Shown one piece after another: positions 49,774-58,572 of a stretch of 64,000 nucleotides of DNA. The position numbers and the translations under genes were made by a program. The notes below the pieces were generated by a model that saw nothing but the letters and a program-made list of their open reading frames with translations, searched no databases and was not told the origin of the DNA. Every line of letters begins with the position of its first letter. Positions within the stretch are counted from its first letter, which is position 1. The stretch is from contig JBAYKP010000001.1 of NCBI GenBank assembly GCA_041664465.1, forward strand, positions 68,204 to 132,203, in the 5' to 3' direction. This DNA is from Minisyncoccota bacterium (GTDB lineage Bacteria; Patescibacteriota; Minisyncoccia; Phycocordibacterales; UBA9973).

Positions 49774-50256
49774 ATGGGAAAGATAAATATCTACATTGAT
49801 GGAAATAATTTATATCGCTCGGCCAAAGAATTAGGATTTGAAATTGATTATAAAAAGTTCCGTGTATGGTTATCTCAAAAATATAATACAAAAAACATAT
49901 TTCTTTTTATTGGGTATTTAGAAAATAGAAAAGATTTTTATAATTATCTTAAAAATTGTGGTTTTGATTTAATATTTAAAGAAGCAGTTCTTCATGAAGG
50001 TAATATTAAGGGAAATTGCGATGCCGAACTTGTATTAAAATCGGTTGATGATTATCATCTAAAGAATTTTGATAAATTTATACTAATTTCTAATGATGGA
50101 GATTTCGGTTGTCTTATTGAATTCTTAATAAATAAAAATTGTTTTGACATTATATTATCTCCTGATAGAAAGAAGTGTTCTATTTTATTGAGAAATAAAA
50201 CAAATAAGATTTTATATTTAAACGAAATTTATAAAAAGTTCTCAAAAAAGAAATAA
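49774..50256 (+). CDS. NYN-domain (LabA/DUF88, PIN-like) protein
   Basis: YIDGNNLY, KGNCDAELV and LISNDGDF. Confidence 0.9.
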   Translation: MGKINIYIDGNNLYRSAKELGFEIDYKKFRVWLSQKYNTKNIFLFIGYLENRKDFYNYLKNCGFDLIFKEAVLHEGNIKGNCDAELVLKSVDDYHLKNFDKFILISNDGDFGCLIEFLINKNCFDIILSPDRKKCSILLRNKTNKILYLNEIYKKFSKKK

Positions 50257-50413
50257 TATAGTCTATATAAAAAGAAAAAGCTCCCGGTATGGGCGCACCC
50301 ATACAGGGATCTCTTTCATAATGATATCAGTATTATATCATATTGCCGAAAGTATGCAAGTATTTTATTTAGGTTCGAACTTCTACCAAAGCAGGGAAAA
50401 TAGATCTTAAATT

Positions 50414-50437
50414 ACCTAACAAGAACCGTTCTTGCTA
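50414..50437. repeat. Near-intact REP copy downstream of the NYN gene
   Basis: acctaacaagaaccgttcttgcta (one mismatch in 24 nt to the 40350 copy). Confidence 0.8.
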
Positions 50438-50444
50438 TATTTAA

Positions 50445-50840
50445 TTAGTTTTGATTATTATTTTCTAACTTTTTTATCTTTTTGAATTTATACCACCCAA
50501 TAATTACTGGTAAGACAAAAGTTAAAATATAATAAATATAAACATCGATTTTATAATAACCAGTTACTTTAAGTACTTTAATCATGAAAATATAATCCAA
50601 AGCCACTGCCATAATAGCCCAAATAACCCCTAATCCGATATAACACCCAAATTCTTCTCTTTTAATTTTCTTAAGCAACACCCAAAGAGTAAACGCTATT
50701 CCGAAAGGCATAATGCTCCAGCCTATAAATTCTTTTGGCACAAAAGCAAAAAATACAAATCCTAAAACATAGCCAAAAAGCCAAACAATAAATCCCCAAA
50801 AAACAGTATTAAGAAAAATTTTCCCTTTATTTGTTTCCAT
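50445..50840 (-). CDS. Four-TM hypothetical membrane protein
   Basis: Hydrophobic; YYKIDVYIYY. Confidence 0.7.
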   Translation of the reverse strand: METNKGKIFLNTVFWGFIVWLFGYVLGFVFFAFVPKEFIGWSIMPFGIAFTLWVLLKKIKREEFGCYIGLGVIWAIMAVALDYIFMIKVLKVTGYYKIDVYIYYILTFVLPVIIGWYKFKKIKKLENNNQN

Positions 50841-50843
50841 AAA

Positions 50844-51092
50844 TTAATATCTATATTTATAAGGCTTCACCGTTCCTTTCTTCCCTGAATAAGGATTATA
50901 ATTCCCTTTTGTAGAATAGTTATCTAACTTGGTTTTATTTGGAGAAGTTCGGTAAGAAGGTGCTACATATTTCATAGTGGAAGGTTTAAAATAACCTTTT
51001 ACTTTAACAGTCTTGGCTTCTACAGATGAGACAGATACAAACAACCCTAATAATAGAAACCCTAGAATACTTAAAACTGCAAGTTTTTTCAT
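50844..51092 (-). CDS. Small secreted basic hypothetical protein
   Basis: Signal peptide VEA; VKGY..YVAP.YRTSPN..DNYSTKGN.NPY.G. Confidence 0.7.
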   Translation of the reverse strand: MKKLAVLSILGFLLLGLFVSVSSVEAKTVKVKGYFKPSTMKYVAPSYRTSPNKTKLDNYSTKGNYNPYSGKKGTVKPYKYRY

Positions 51093-51152
51093 ACAATATT
51101 TGAAGTGATTATTAATATCCTAATCATATGCCTATTTATGGATAAATCAAGG

Positions 51153-51866
51153 CTAAATACTTTTTATTGAATGAATAACCTTATCCATAAAATTATCATA
51201 GTCATTTAATATAATTCCATCTCCAAAAGTCACGAGTGATTTTTTTGATAATTTTAATTCAATACTATTTTTAATACTTAAATAATATTTCTTATATTGA
51301 GATTTTTTTATTATTTTATCTTTTATTAGATCCGGAAATTTAATCATAAATATTAATGTTTTTGTGGGCGTATGGAAAAATACATCTTCATCGTCTTGTG
51401 ATAATTTAAAATACTTATGGATATTATTGTCCGTAATTTTTTCCCACTTTGTGATCATACCCTTATTGTTATAATAAGGTAATTCTTCTGGTAAAACTAA
51501 AATCTGATAATATTTTTTCTTATTAGCTCTTATATTTGCTGTTTCTCCTAACATATTTTCAAAATAATTATTTGAATTTTGAGAATAATTATTCATGACA
51601 AATTTAACAGCAACTCCGGCAAGATCTTTTTTGTCTTTAAAAATAGTAATATCTACTGTCTTGTCCATATATCTACCTTCCATTTTAGCTTCTTTCCCCT
51701 TCCCCAAACCAAGGGAACTGACAGTGTATTTATTCCCAAGTCTTTTTTCTAAATCTTTCGCAATTGCCCCATGAAGTATTTTTAACTTTTCATTACTTCG
51801 TGAATGTGTTTGTAAAAATTTTACAAATGATTGACTTACTATTTTCAAAAATTTTTGATTATTCAT
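51153..51866 (-). CDS. Putative type II restriction endonuclease
   Basis: VDITI..GVAVKF (PD-(D/E)xK-like) and QNSNNYFEN; directly downstream of a DNA MTase; very AT-rich. Confidence 0.6.
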   Translation of the reverse strand: MNNQKFLKIVSQSFVKFLQTHSRSNEKLKILHGAIAKDLEKRLGNKYTVSSLGLGKGKEAKMEGRYMDKTVDITIFKDKKDLAGVAVKFVMNNYSQNSNNYFENMLGETANIRANKKKYYQILVLPEELPYYNNKGMITKWEKITDNNIHKYFKLSQDDEDVFFHTPTKTLIFMIKFPDLIKDKIIKKSQYKKYYLSIKNSIELKLSKKSLVTFGDGIILNDYDNFMDKVIHSIKSI

Positions 51867-51889
51867 TTTTATGATTATTATATTAATTA

Positions 51890-53356
51890 TTAAAATAAAG
51901 ATGGCTGAACTTTATAAAATTGAGGATGAACAAAATCTTTCATGAAACTTTTAGCATATGATTTATATCCACCACGATAACTTTTGGAAATTGAATTTAT
52001 ATACTCTTCCATTGAATTTGAATTTAACACTTCGCAAAGGGCATATAGATCAACATCTTTATTTTTTGGTTTTATACAATAACCAGAATAAAAACTTGTT
52101 TTTTCGTCTTCTATTACAAAAAAGTGAGGAGTGAGATTCATTGTACTAGTTATTATTTTTTTACCAAAACCAGTTTTTAAACTTTGGTTTCTTCCAAAAG
52201 AATAAAATTCTTCATAATTTTTACCACCACCCTTGTCTCTTTTTTCTAAAATATCACGATTATATAAAAAATATTTATATGCTTCTGGATATTTATTTAT
52301 AAAAATATTTTTAGGAATTATTCTTTCATTTTTATACGGAAAAATCAAAAAAAGATTCTGATTTTTCCCTTTATAAGTAGATGCTTTAATAATTGGAACA
52401 CACAAATTTCTCTCTATTTTAAAATTATCTTTATAAAAATATATTTTATCTATTTTTTCAGGAGAAAATATATAAACATCATCTTTTAATGTAGCAATTC
52501 CATAATGGATGTCCGCTATTTCTTGAAGTGTTGAATATTTTTTATTTAATTTATCTATTTTTTTAGAATATTCTTCACTTAAAAATTGCCATGGTTTTAA
52601 CTTATCTTCTATATTTTTCAATATCTTTTTATAAACAATATCATTAAAATTATTTTTATAGTTCTCTGTATATAAAAAATTATGGGTATTTTCTTTATTT
52701 AAAAATGTTATGGCGGTGTAAGTTGTTGCGTCTTTAAATACCTGAAAGTGATCAAAATTAATGATTTTTGTTAAATGTGGATAAATTAAATTTCTTAAAT
52801 TTCTCCCAGCACTAGAGTGAAAATGAGAGTTAGGTGTAATAAAAGAAAGTTTCCCGTTTTCTGTTAATAAATTCAGAGACTGCTCAAAAAAACAAAAATA
52901 TAAATCAATGGAGCCATTAGATGCTGATATAAACTTCTTTTGTATTTCATCTCTTTTTTCATTAAGATTTTGTATTCTCACATATGGAGGATTACCTATT
53001 ATAAAATTAAATTTCTCTTTAAAATCATGAAAACAAAAATCATTAATAATTGAGTTATATTGGGTAATTTCTTCATTAGATAATTCTTGTAAATTTTGTT
53101 TTGTTTTGTTTATATATTCTTCTGAAATGTCAATAAAATAAAGATTGTTTTCAATTACATCTTTTATTGATTTTCCAGATATTTTAGAAAATTTCTTAAC
53201 TATTGGAATAGAAAAAGCACCTTCTCCACATCCAGAATCTAATATTTTTTCTGATCCTGTTATTTTTGTATCTTTAAATACTTCATCAATCATAAAATCA
53301 ACTATCCATTCCGGAGTAAAAACAACGCCATTTTCTTTTTTAGATTTAACATTCAT
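51890..53356 (-). CDS. N6-adenine DNA methyltransferase (gamma class, TaqI/Eco57I-like)
   Basis: VFTP, ILDSGCGEGAF, IGNPPY, DLYFCFFE and FITPN. Confidence 0.9.
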   Translation of the reverse strand: MNVKSKKENGVVFTPEWIVDFMIDEVFKDTKITGSEKILDSGCGEGAFSIPIVKKFSKISGKSIKDVIENNLYFIDISEEYINKTKQNLQELSNEEITQYNSIINDFCFHDFKEKFNFIIGNPPYVRIQNLNEKRDEIQKKFISASNGSIDLYFCFFEQSLNLLTENGKLSFITPNSHFHSSAGRNLRNLIYPHLTKIINFDHFQVFKDATTYTAITFLNKENTHNFLYTENYKNNFNDIVYKKILKNIEDKLKPWQFLSEEYSKKIDKLNKKYSTLQEIADIHYGIATLKDDVYIFSPEKIDKIYFYKDNFKIERNLCVPIIKASTYKGKNQNLFLIFPYKNERIIPKNIFINKYPEAYKYFLYNRDILEKRDKGGGKNYEEFYSFGRNQSLKTGFGKKIITSTMNLTPHFFVIEDEKTSFYSGYCIKPKNKDVDLYALCEVLNSNSMEEYINSISKSYRGGYKSYAKSFMKDFVHPQFYKVQPSLF

Positions 53357-53398
53357 ATTAATATATTATATCATTTTATACATACAAACTATAATTTT

Positions 53399-53749
53399 TT
53401 ATAGTTTATTATATTTCGTATGCTTTCCTTTGGCTTTCTTTACTGGGTATTTTTCTTCGTTTTTCTTCATTTTTTTATCTAATGCGTCTATAATATCTAT
53501 CTTCAAATCATGGCTCATAAGTAAAACCCAATAGAAGACGTCTGCCAGCTCTTCCCCAATATGCTCTTTGTGTGACTTTATATATTCTTCAATTTCTTCT
53601 TTTGATTTCCATTGAAAATGCTCCAGAACTTCAGAAGCCTCAAGTGAAAGAGAAATTGCTAAGTCTTTTGCATTATGAAATTGCTTCCATTTTCTAGCAT
53701 TTCGGAAAGCTAGTATCTTCTGTATTGATTCACTCAAATCTCCTTTCAT
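53399..53749 (-). CDS. MazG-like nucleotide pyrophosphohydrolase
   Basis: W.QFH..KDLA..L..EASE.LEHFQW, EELADV and KM.KN..KYP. Confidence 0.88.
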   Translation of the reverse strand: MKGDLSESIQKILAFRNARKWKQFHNAKDLAISLSLEASEVLEHFQWKSKEEIEEYIKSHKEHIGEELADVFYWVLLMSHDLKIDIIDALDKKMKKNEEKYPVKKAKGKHTKYNKL

Positions 53750-53882
53750 AATTTGAAGTATAGCTCTATTTCCCTTTTGAGACAATATGGGGGATTTTTG
53801 GGATAAGTATTAAAGTAATATACCTTTTGCTTTTTTAGTCTATTTTTGCTACTATATTCTAGTCTATTATTAATAGACGTAT

Positions 53883-53954
53883 TCCGTGGTAGCTCAGCGG
53901 TAGAGCGGTCGCCTGTTAAGCGATTGGTCGTAGGTTCGATCCCTACCCACGGAG
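53883..53954 (+). tRNA. tRNA-Asn(GTT)
   Basis: TCCGTGG-TAGCTCAGCGGTAGAGC-GTCGC CTGTTAA GCGAT-GGTTCGATCCC-CCACGGA G. Confidence 0.96.
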
Positions 53955-54054
53955 CAGACAAATTAACTCATTATTTTTAATGAGTTTGTTGTAGATTGAC
54001 AGCTTTGCTATTTAAGGGTAATGTGAAGAAAAATAACTTAAAAATGAAATAATC

Positions 54055-54282
54055 ATGAGAAAACCATTTTATGAATCAATTCTTTCTTCTCTTCATGAGG
54101 TAATGAACTTAGAACAATTAAAAGTGTTGGCTAAGTTAATTATTGAAACTGAAATTCCCAAAGAGCATAGGGATGTGGTTGCTGAAGCATTTTTACTTGC
54201 ACAAGCTTGTATTAGATATGCAGGTGGCGAAATCTTAGTTGATATTGTTATCTCTTCTCTTAAAGAAGAAAATCTAAATTGA
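54055..54282 (+). CDS. Hypothetical protein
   Basis: ORF just downstream of tRNA-Asn. Confidence 0.5.
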   Translation: MRKPFYESILSSLHEVMNLEQLKVLAKLIIETEIPKEHRDVVAEAFLLAQACIRYAGGEILVDIVISSLKEENLN

Positions 54283-54330
54283 AAAATGTAATGTAAAAGA
54301 AATTATTGTTTTACTTAAAAATGAAAGATT

Positions 54331-54918
54331 ATGAAAAAATTAGTAATTTACAGATGTTTACCTTTCAAGGATTGGCATCAACCATTTGATAAAGATGGTA
54401 GCAGGTGGCTTATTGGTGGATACAGGCAAGAATGCAGTTGTCCATACGGAAGCCATTGGGATCCAAGATTTTTAGATTACAAAGATCCACTAAACTTAAA
54501 AGAAATTCTCTCCATGCAAGAAGGAATAAAACTTTTAACTTTTTACTCTTGGAAAGACGAAGAATATGTGGCTTTTCATACATTTAAAAATGTTGAATTT
54601 TATTCTGATTTTATGCGTATACTGTTTAAGGAAAAAGTGGATGTTTGTGAGTACGGAGGAACTGGAGAGCAGCTTACGGGAACCAGGCTTATTGCGGTAA
54701 TTGAAGATGCAGGTGAAATCAACGCTTTTGGAAAAATTGGAGGCATTGATGAGTTTATTGATGAGCTGTCAAAATTAACTGGCATTTCAATCCAGGAGAT
54801 TAAACAACAAATTAATGAATTAGATGAAACACCCATTCCATCAGAACTAAAAATTTCAATAGAAGAAATTACTGAGGAAGCTAAGAGGTCGGGCAATCTT
54901 GCTCCAATTTTTGGGTAA
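54331..54918 (+). CDS. Hypothetical protein
   Basis: 195-aa ORF followed by hairpin aaccgctagt..actagcggtt. Confidence 0.55.
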   Translation: MKKLVIYRCLPFKDWHQPFDKDGSRWLIGGYRQECSCPYGSHWDPRFLDYKDPLNLKEILSMQEGIKLLTFYSWKDEEYVAFHTFKNVEFYSDFMRILFKEKVDVCEYGGTGEQLTGTRLIAVIEDAGEINAFGKIGGIDEFIDELSKLTGISIQEIKQQINELDETPIPSELKISIEEITEEAKRSGNLAPIFG

Positions 54919-55094
54919 ATTAAACTAAACCGCTAGTTGTCGGGTAGTAGTAGAAACTGCTATTCACACTAGCGGTTTTCTATTTATCTAATTAAGGTTC
55001 CAATTCTGTCCCTCCCCACCTCCCCACCTTCCCCACTCAAAACCCCCTAGCTTTGCTTCGGGGGTTTTGTTATTGAGGAATTTATAGGAATCAA

Positions 55095-55769
55095 TTAGTG
55101 TACAACTACTGTATGGGCATTATTGGCGGCTGATTTCTTTGCTACCATACGAGCAACTACTATGATTGCTAATACCAAGAGTATGAACATAATCCATTGG
55201 AATAGTGAACTTGGTAAGAAGCTACCAGAACCTTTCAAGGACAAAGCTGTGACTCCATTGGTGTCTACTTGCTGTGTTGCATAAGGTTGATAAGCACTTG
55301 CTACCATCATATTGTTGGAGTAACCTCTGTTGGCATCGAAATTTACATACTGACCAGTATTACCTTTGTTGCCTGTGGCTGTTGGAATTGTAGTAGTAGT
55401 CGTATTTGCATTTATGACAGAAGCTCCTTGTGTATTACCAGTGGTAACATATCTGACAGTTTGCTGTTGGGGTGCATATTGGACGACTTGCTGTTGCGGA
55501 ACGTACTGAACAGTTTGCTGTTGAGGTACGTATTGTATCTGAGTTGTAGTTGGCTGTGCATATACATAAGTATAAGGTTGCCTTACATAATTGCTATTAA
55601 TAGAATTATTATAATAAGAAGGAGTGCTAAGGTCTGTAACACTTGTGCTATAGCCATTATTATAATATCCATCACTATAATAAACAGCGGCAGAAGCATC
55701 ATGATACGAAACGGCAAGAATAGCAAAGATTCCGAGAGCTATTAAGTTTTTTAAAATATTCTTTTTCAT
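55095..55769 (-). CDS. Secreted/anchored low-complexity protein with QYVPQQQ repeats
   Basis: Signal peptide ASA; Tyr/Gln/Thr-rich; C-terminal FLPSSLFQW plus TM. Confidence 0.7.
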   Translation of the reverse strand: MKKNILKNLIALGIFAILAVSYHDASAAVYYSDGYYNNGYSTSVTDLSTPSYYNNSINSNYVRQPYTYVYAQPTTTQIQYVPQQQTVQYVPQQQVVQYAPQQQTVRYVTTGNTQGASVINANTTTTTIPTATGNKGNTGQYVNFDANRGYSNNMMVASAYQPYATQQVDTNGVTALSLKGSGSFLPSSLFQWIMFILLVLAIIVVARMVAKKSAANNAHTVVVH

Positions 55770-55883
55770 AAGCCATATTATATCATATAAGTACATACTT
55801 TGTCAAGCACTTAAACTACGGCTAAAACCCTTGATAAATAAGCCCAAAAAAGGTAAAGTATATTTGTTTCGCTTTTAAAAATT

Positions 55884-58538
55884 ATGATAACGAAATTGAA
55901 AAATAACAAAAAGAGAGTTCGCCTAGAGGACTATATCTCCCCTGTTAGCTACAATCTGACCTTACATCCTGACCTTTTGTCTTCTACTTTTTCGGGACGC
56001 GAAATTATAAAAATAAAAGTGGATAAAGAAATAAAACAAATCACTTTGCATAGTAAAGATATAGATATAGAAACGGTAGAGCACATAGCAGATGGCACGC
56101 AACAATTTGCCCATAAAATCACATACGATGCAAAGAGAGAAACTGCAACTTTCTATTTTAAAAATAAAATAAAAAAAGGGCAGAGCGAGCTCTCAATTAT
56201 TTTCAGTGGTATCATCAATGATAATTTGAGAGGATTTTATAAAAGTAGATACATACTAGATGGTGAAGAGAAATTCATAGCCACGACCCAGTTCGAAGCA
56301 ACAGATGCTCGCCGTGCTTTCCCTTGCTTTGATGAGCCAGCACACAAAGCAATATTTGAAGTATCGCTCGTAATACCTGAGAATCACACAGCCATATCAA
56401 ATACTTTACCTATTGAAATAAAGGAGCACAGTCTCGGATACAACATAGTATCTTTCTCTCCCACGCCGATAATGTCTACTTACCTACTCGCATTTATTAT
56501 CGGCGAGTTTGAATATGTGGAGGGATATACCCGTCCGAACGGGTCATCCGGGCAGGCTAAGGACAAGGTTCTTGTCCGTGTATTCACAACTTCTGGTAAA
56601 AAGCATCAAGCCAAATTTGCATTGGAAGTCGCTATCAAATCACTTGAATTTTATAATGAATATTTTGATATACCCTATCCACTTCCTACCTTAGACCTCA
56701 TCGCTATCCCCGACTTCGAAAGTGCGGCAATGGAGAACTGGGGGGCCATCACTTTCCGCGAGACGGCTATACTCGTTGATGATCTACATACTTCCCTTTC
56801 AAACAAACAATGGGCAGCGATAGTGATAGCCCACGAATTGGCACATCAGTGGTTCGGCAATCTAGTGACGATGCATTGGTGGACAGACCTCTGGCTCAAT
56901 GAAGGCTTTGCTTCATATATGGAAAATTTATGTACGGATCACCTCTTTCCAGACTGGCATGTATGGGATTTAAATATTGCCGATAGATATGCTGTCGCTC
57001 TCAAGCTTGATTCACTTGCCACTTCACATCCAATAGAAGTAGTCGTCCACCACCCAGATGAAATAAGTGAAATCTTTGATATGGTCTCTTATGCTAAAGG
57101 CTCTGCGATGATAAAAATGCTGGCAGAATATCTAGGGCACGACAAATTCCGCGATGGGCTACGTCACTATTTGAAAAAGCACAGTTATGGTAATACCAAT
57201 ACCGTAGATCTCTGGAATGCTTTTGAGAAAGTAAGCAAAAAGAAAGTAATAGAAATAATGAATTCTTGGACGAAAGAAACCGGCTATCCACTCGTGACAA
57301 TTTCCCCTAGGCAAGGCCTAGGGGAAATGTGGGAAATCAGACAAGAGCGATTTTTCTCAAGTAGAGTGAAAGCTTCTGAATATAAAAATTCAAAAAGTAA
57401 AAAACACTTGTGGCAAATACCTGTGAAATACGAAAGCCTGTCGGATAATAGAGAAGTTATGGATATGCTCATGACTAAAAAATCTGCTCCAATGATTGGC
57501 ACCTCTATCGGCAAAGTAAACAAAGAAGAAGGAACATTTATACGAGTCTGCTATGATCAAGAGACTCTTAAAAAATTGAAAGAAGAAATACAAAATGGGA
57601 AACTTTCTGTGAAAGATAGACTGGGAGTTATTCGTGATATGTTCGCTCTGGCTGAAGGTGGATACATCAGTACGATAGAAGTACTTGAATTCTCTCTCGT
57701 ATATAAAAATGAAACAGAGTTCATCGTCTGGTCTGAAATAGCGAGTGGTATAAATAGAGTGGCAAATATATTGGGCGAAGAAAAATTTAAAAATCTATAC
57801 GATAAATACGTACTCACATTATTTAGTCACATCGCAAAAGAATTGGGGTGGGGAGAAACCCCCTCGCCCTCTGGGCACTCCCCCTTAACAGGGGGAGACA
57901 AACACTCACAAGTTTTCTTGCGGAGTCTAGCACTCTCTATGTCGGCACATTATGGAGACAAGAAAGTAATTACCGAAGCCAAAAAACTCTTTAAAAATAA
58001 GGCTAAAATGCCAATAAGAGCTGACATCCGCGGAGTAGTCTACAACATTGTGGCTGCAAGTGGCGGGGAGAAGGAATGGAAACTTTTCGAAAAGTTATAC
58101 AAAGAAGAAGAATTTCATGAAGAGAAGGATAGATATGCTAGGGCATTAACTTCATTTAAAAATAAAGATCTACTTCGGAAAACTTTAAACTTTGCTATAT
58201 CAAGAGACGTTCGTGTTCAAGACGCTCCATTCATAATAGTGGCCGTCTGGCAGAATAGTATAGGTAAAGACATTACTTGGAAGTTTATAAAAAGTAATTG
58301 GAAAATAATTGTGAAAAAGTTTGGCGAGGGTGGACATTTCCTCTCCCGAGTCCTCTCTCCTCTCGGTACTCATACAAAAGAAAAAGATTACAAAGACATT
58401 AAAAATTTCTTTGCTAAAAATGTCGCCCCTGGCTCTGCCCGCACCCTCCTCCAATCCTACGAACGCATCGAGTCCAACATCGCTTGGCTCAAAGATGACA
58501 AAGCCTCTATCAAATCTTGGCTAACAAAAAATTACTAG
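55884..58538 (+). CDS. pepN: M1 family aminopeptidase (PepN/ERAP-like) with in-frame palindromic insertions
   Basis: ARRAFPCFDEP, AMENWG, HELAHQW..LWLNEGFA and SYAKG. Confidence 0.93.
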   Translation: MITKLKNNKKRVRLEDYISPVSYNLTLHPDLLSSTFSGREIIKIKVDKEIKQITLHSKDIDIETVEHIADGTQQFAHKITYDAKRETATFYFKNKIKKGQSELSIIFSGIINDNLRGFYKSRYILDGEEKFIATTQFEATDARRAFPCFDEPAHKAIFEVSLVIPENHTAISNTLPIEIKEHSLGYNIVSFSPTPIMSTYLLAFIIGEFEYVEGYTRPNGSSGQAKDKVLVRVFTTSGKKHQAKFALEVAIKSLEFYNEYFDIPYPLPTLDLIAIPDFESAAMENWGAITFRETAILVDDLHTSLSNKQWAAIVIAHELAHQWFGNLVTMHWWTDLWLNEGFASYMENLCTDHLFPDWHVWDLNIADRYAVALKLDSLATSHPIEVVVHHPDEISEIFDMVSYAKGSAMIKMLAEYLGHDKFRDGLRHYLKKHSYGNTNTVDLWNAFEKVSKKKVIEIMNSWTKETGYPLVTISPRQGLGEMWEIRQERFFSSRVKASEYKNSKSKKHLWQIPVKYESLSDNREVMDMLMTKKSAPMIGTSIGKVNKEEGTFIRVCYDQETLKKLKEEIQNGKLSVKDRLGVIRDMFALAEGGYISTIEVLEFSLVYKNETEFIVWSEIASGINRVANILGEEKFKNLYDKYVLTLFSHIAKELGWGETPSPSGHSPLTGGDKHSQVFLRSLALSMSAHYGDKKVITEAKKLFKNKAKMPIRADIRGVVYNIVAASGGEKEWKLFEKLYKEEEFHEEKDRYARALTSFKNKDLLRKTLNFAISRDVRVQDAPFIIVAVWQNSIGKDITWKFIKSNWKIIVKKFGEGGHFLSRVLSPLGTHTKEKDYKDIKNFFAKNVAPGSARTLLQSYERIESNIAWLKDDKASIKSWLTKNY
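57300..57328. repeat. Palindrome inside pepN
   Basis: atttcccctaggc-aag-gcctaggggaaat; 26-nt core identical to mnmA 3913-3938. Confidence 0.9.
57858..57898. repeat. Double-hairpin repeat inside pepN
   Basis: accccctcgccctctgggcactcccccttaacagggggaga; 37/41 identical to mnmA 4411-4451. Confidence 0.9.
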
Positions 58539-58541
58539 AAC

Positions 58542-58572
58542 AAAACTGACTAGGTCTTGCCTAGTCGGTTTT
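58542..58572. repeat. Intergenic hairpin between pepN and rnhB, related to the ctaggcaaggcctag family
   Basis: aaaactgactagg-tcttg-cctagtcggtttt; reverse-complement core ctaggcaagacctag. Confidence 0.65.

Noticed and set aside
53746-53961. 71-aa ORF on -
   Set aside because: Antisense to tRNA-Asn
55440-55545. QYVPQQQ 27-nt repeats as a DNA-level element
   Set aside because: Codon-degenerate copies inside a low-complexity secreted protein; a protein repeat
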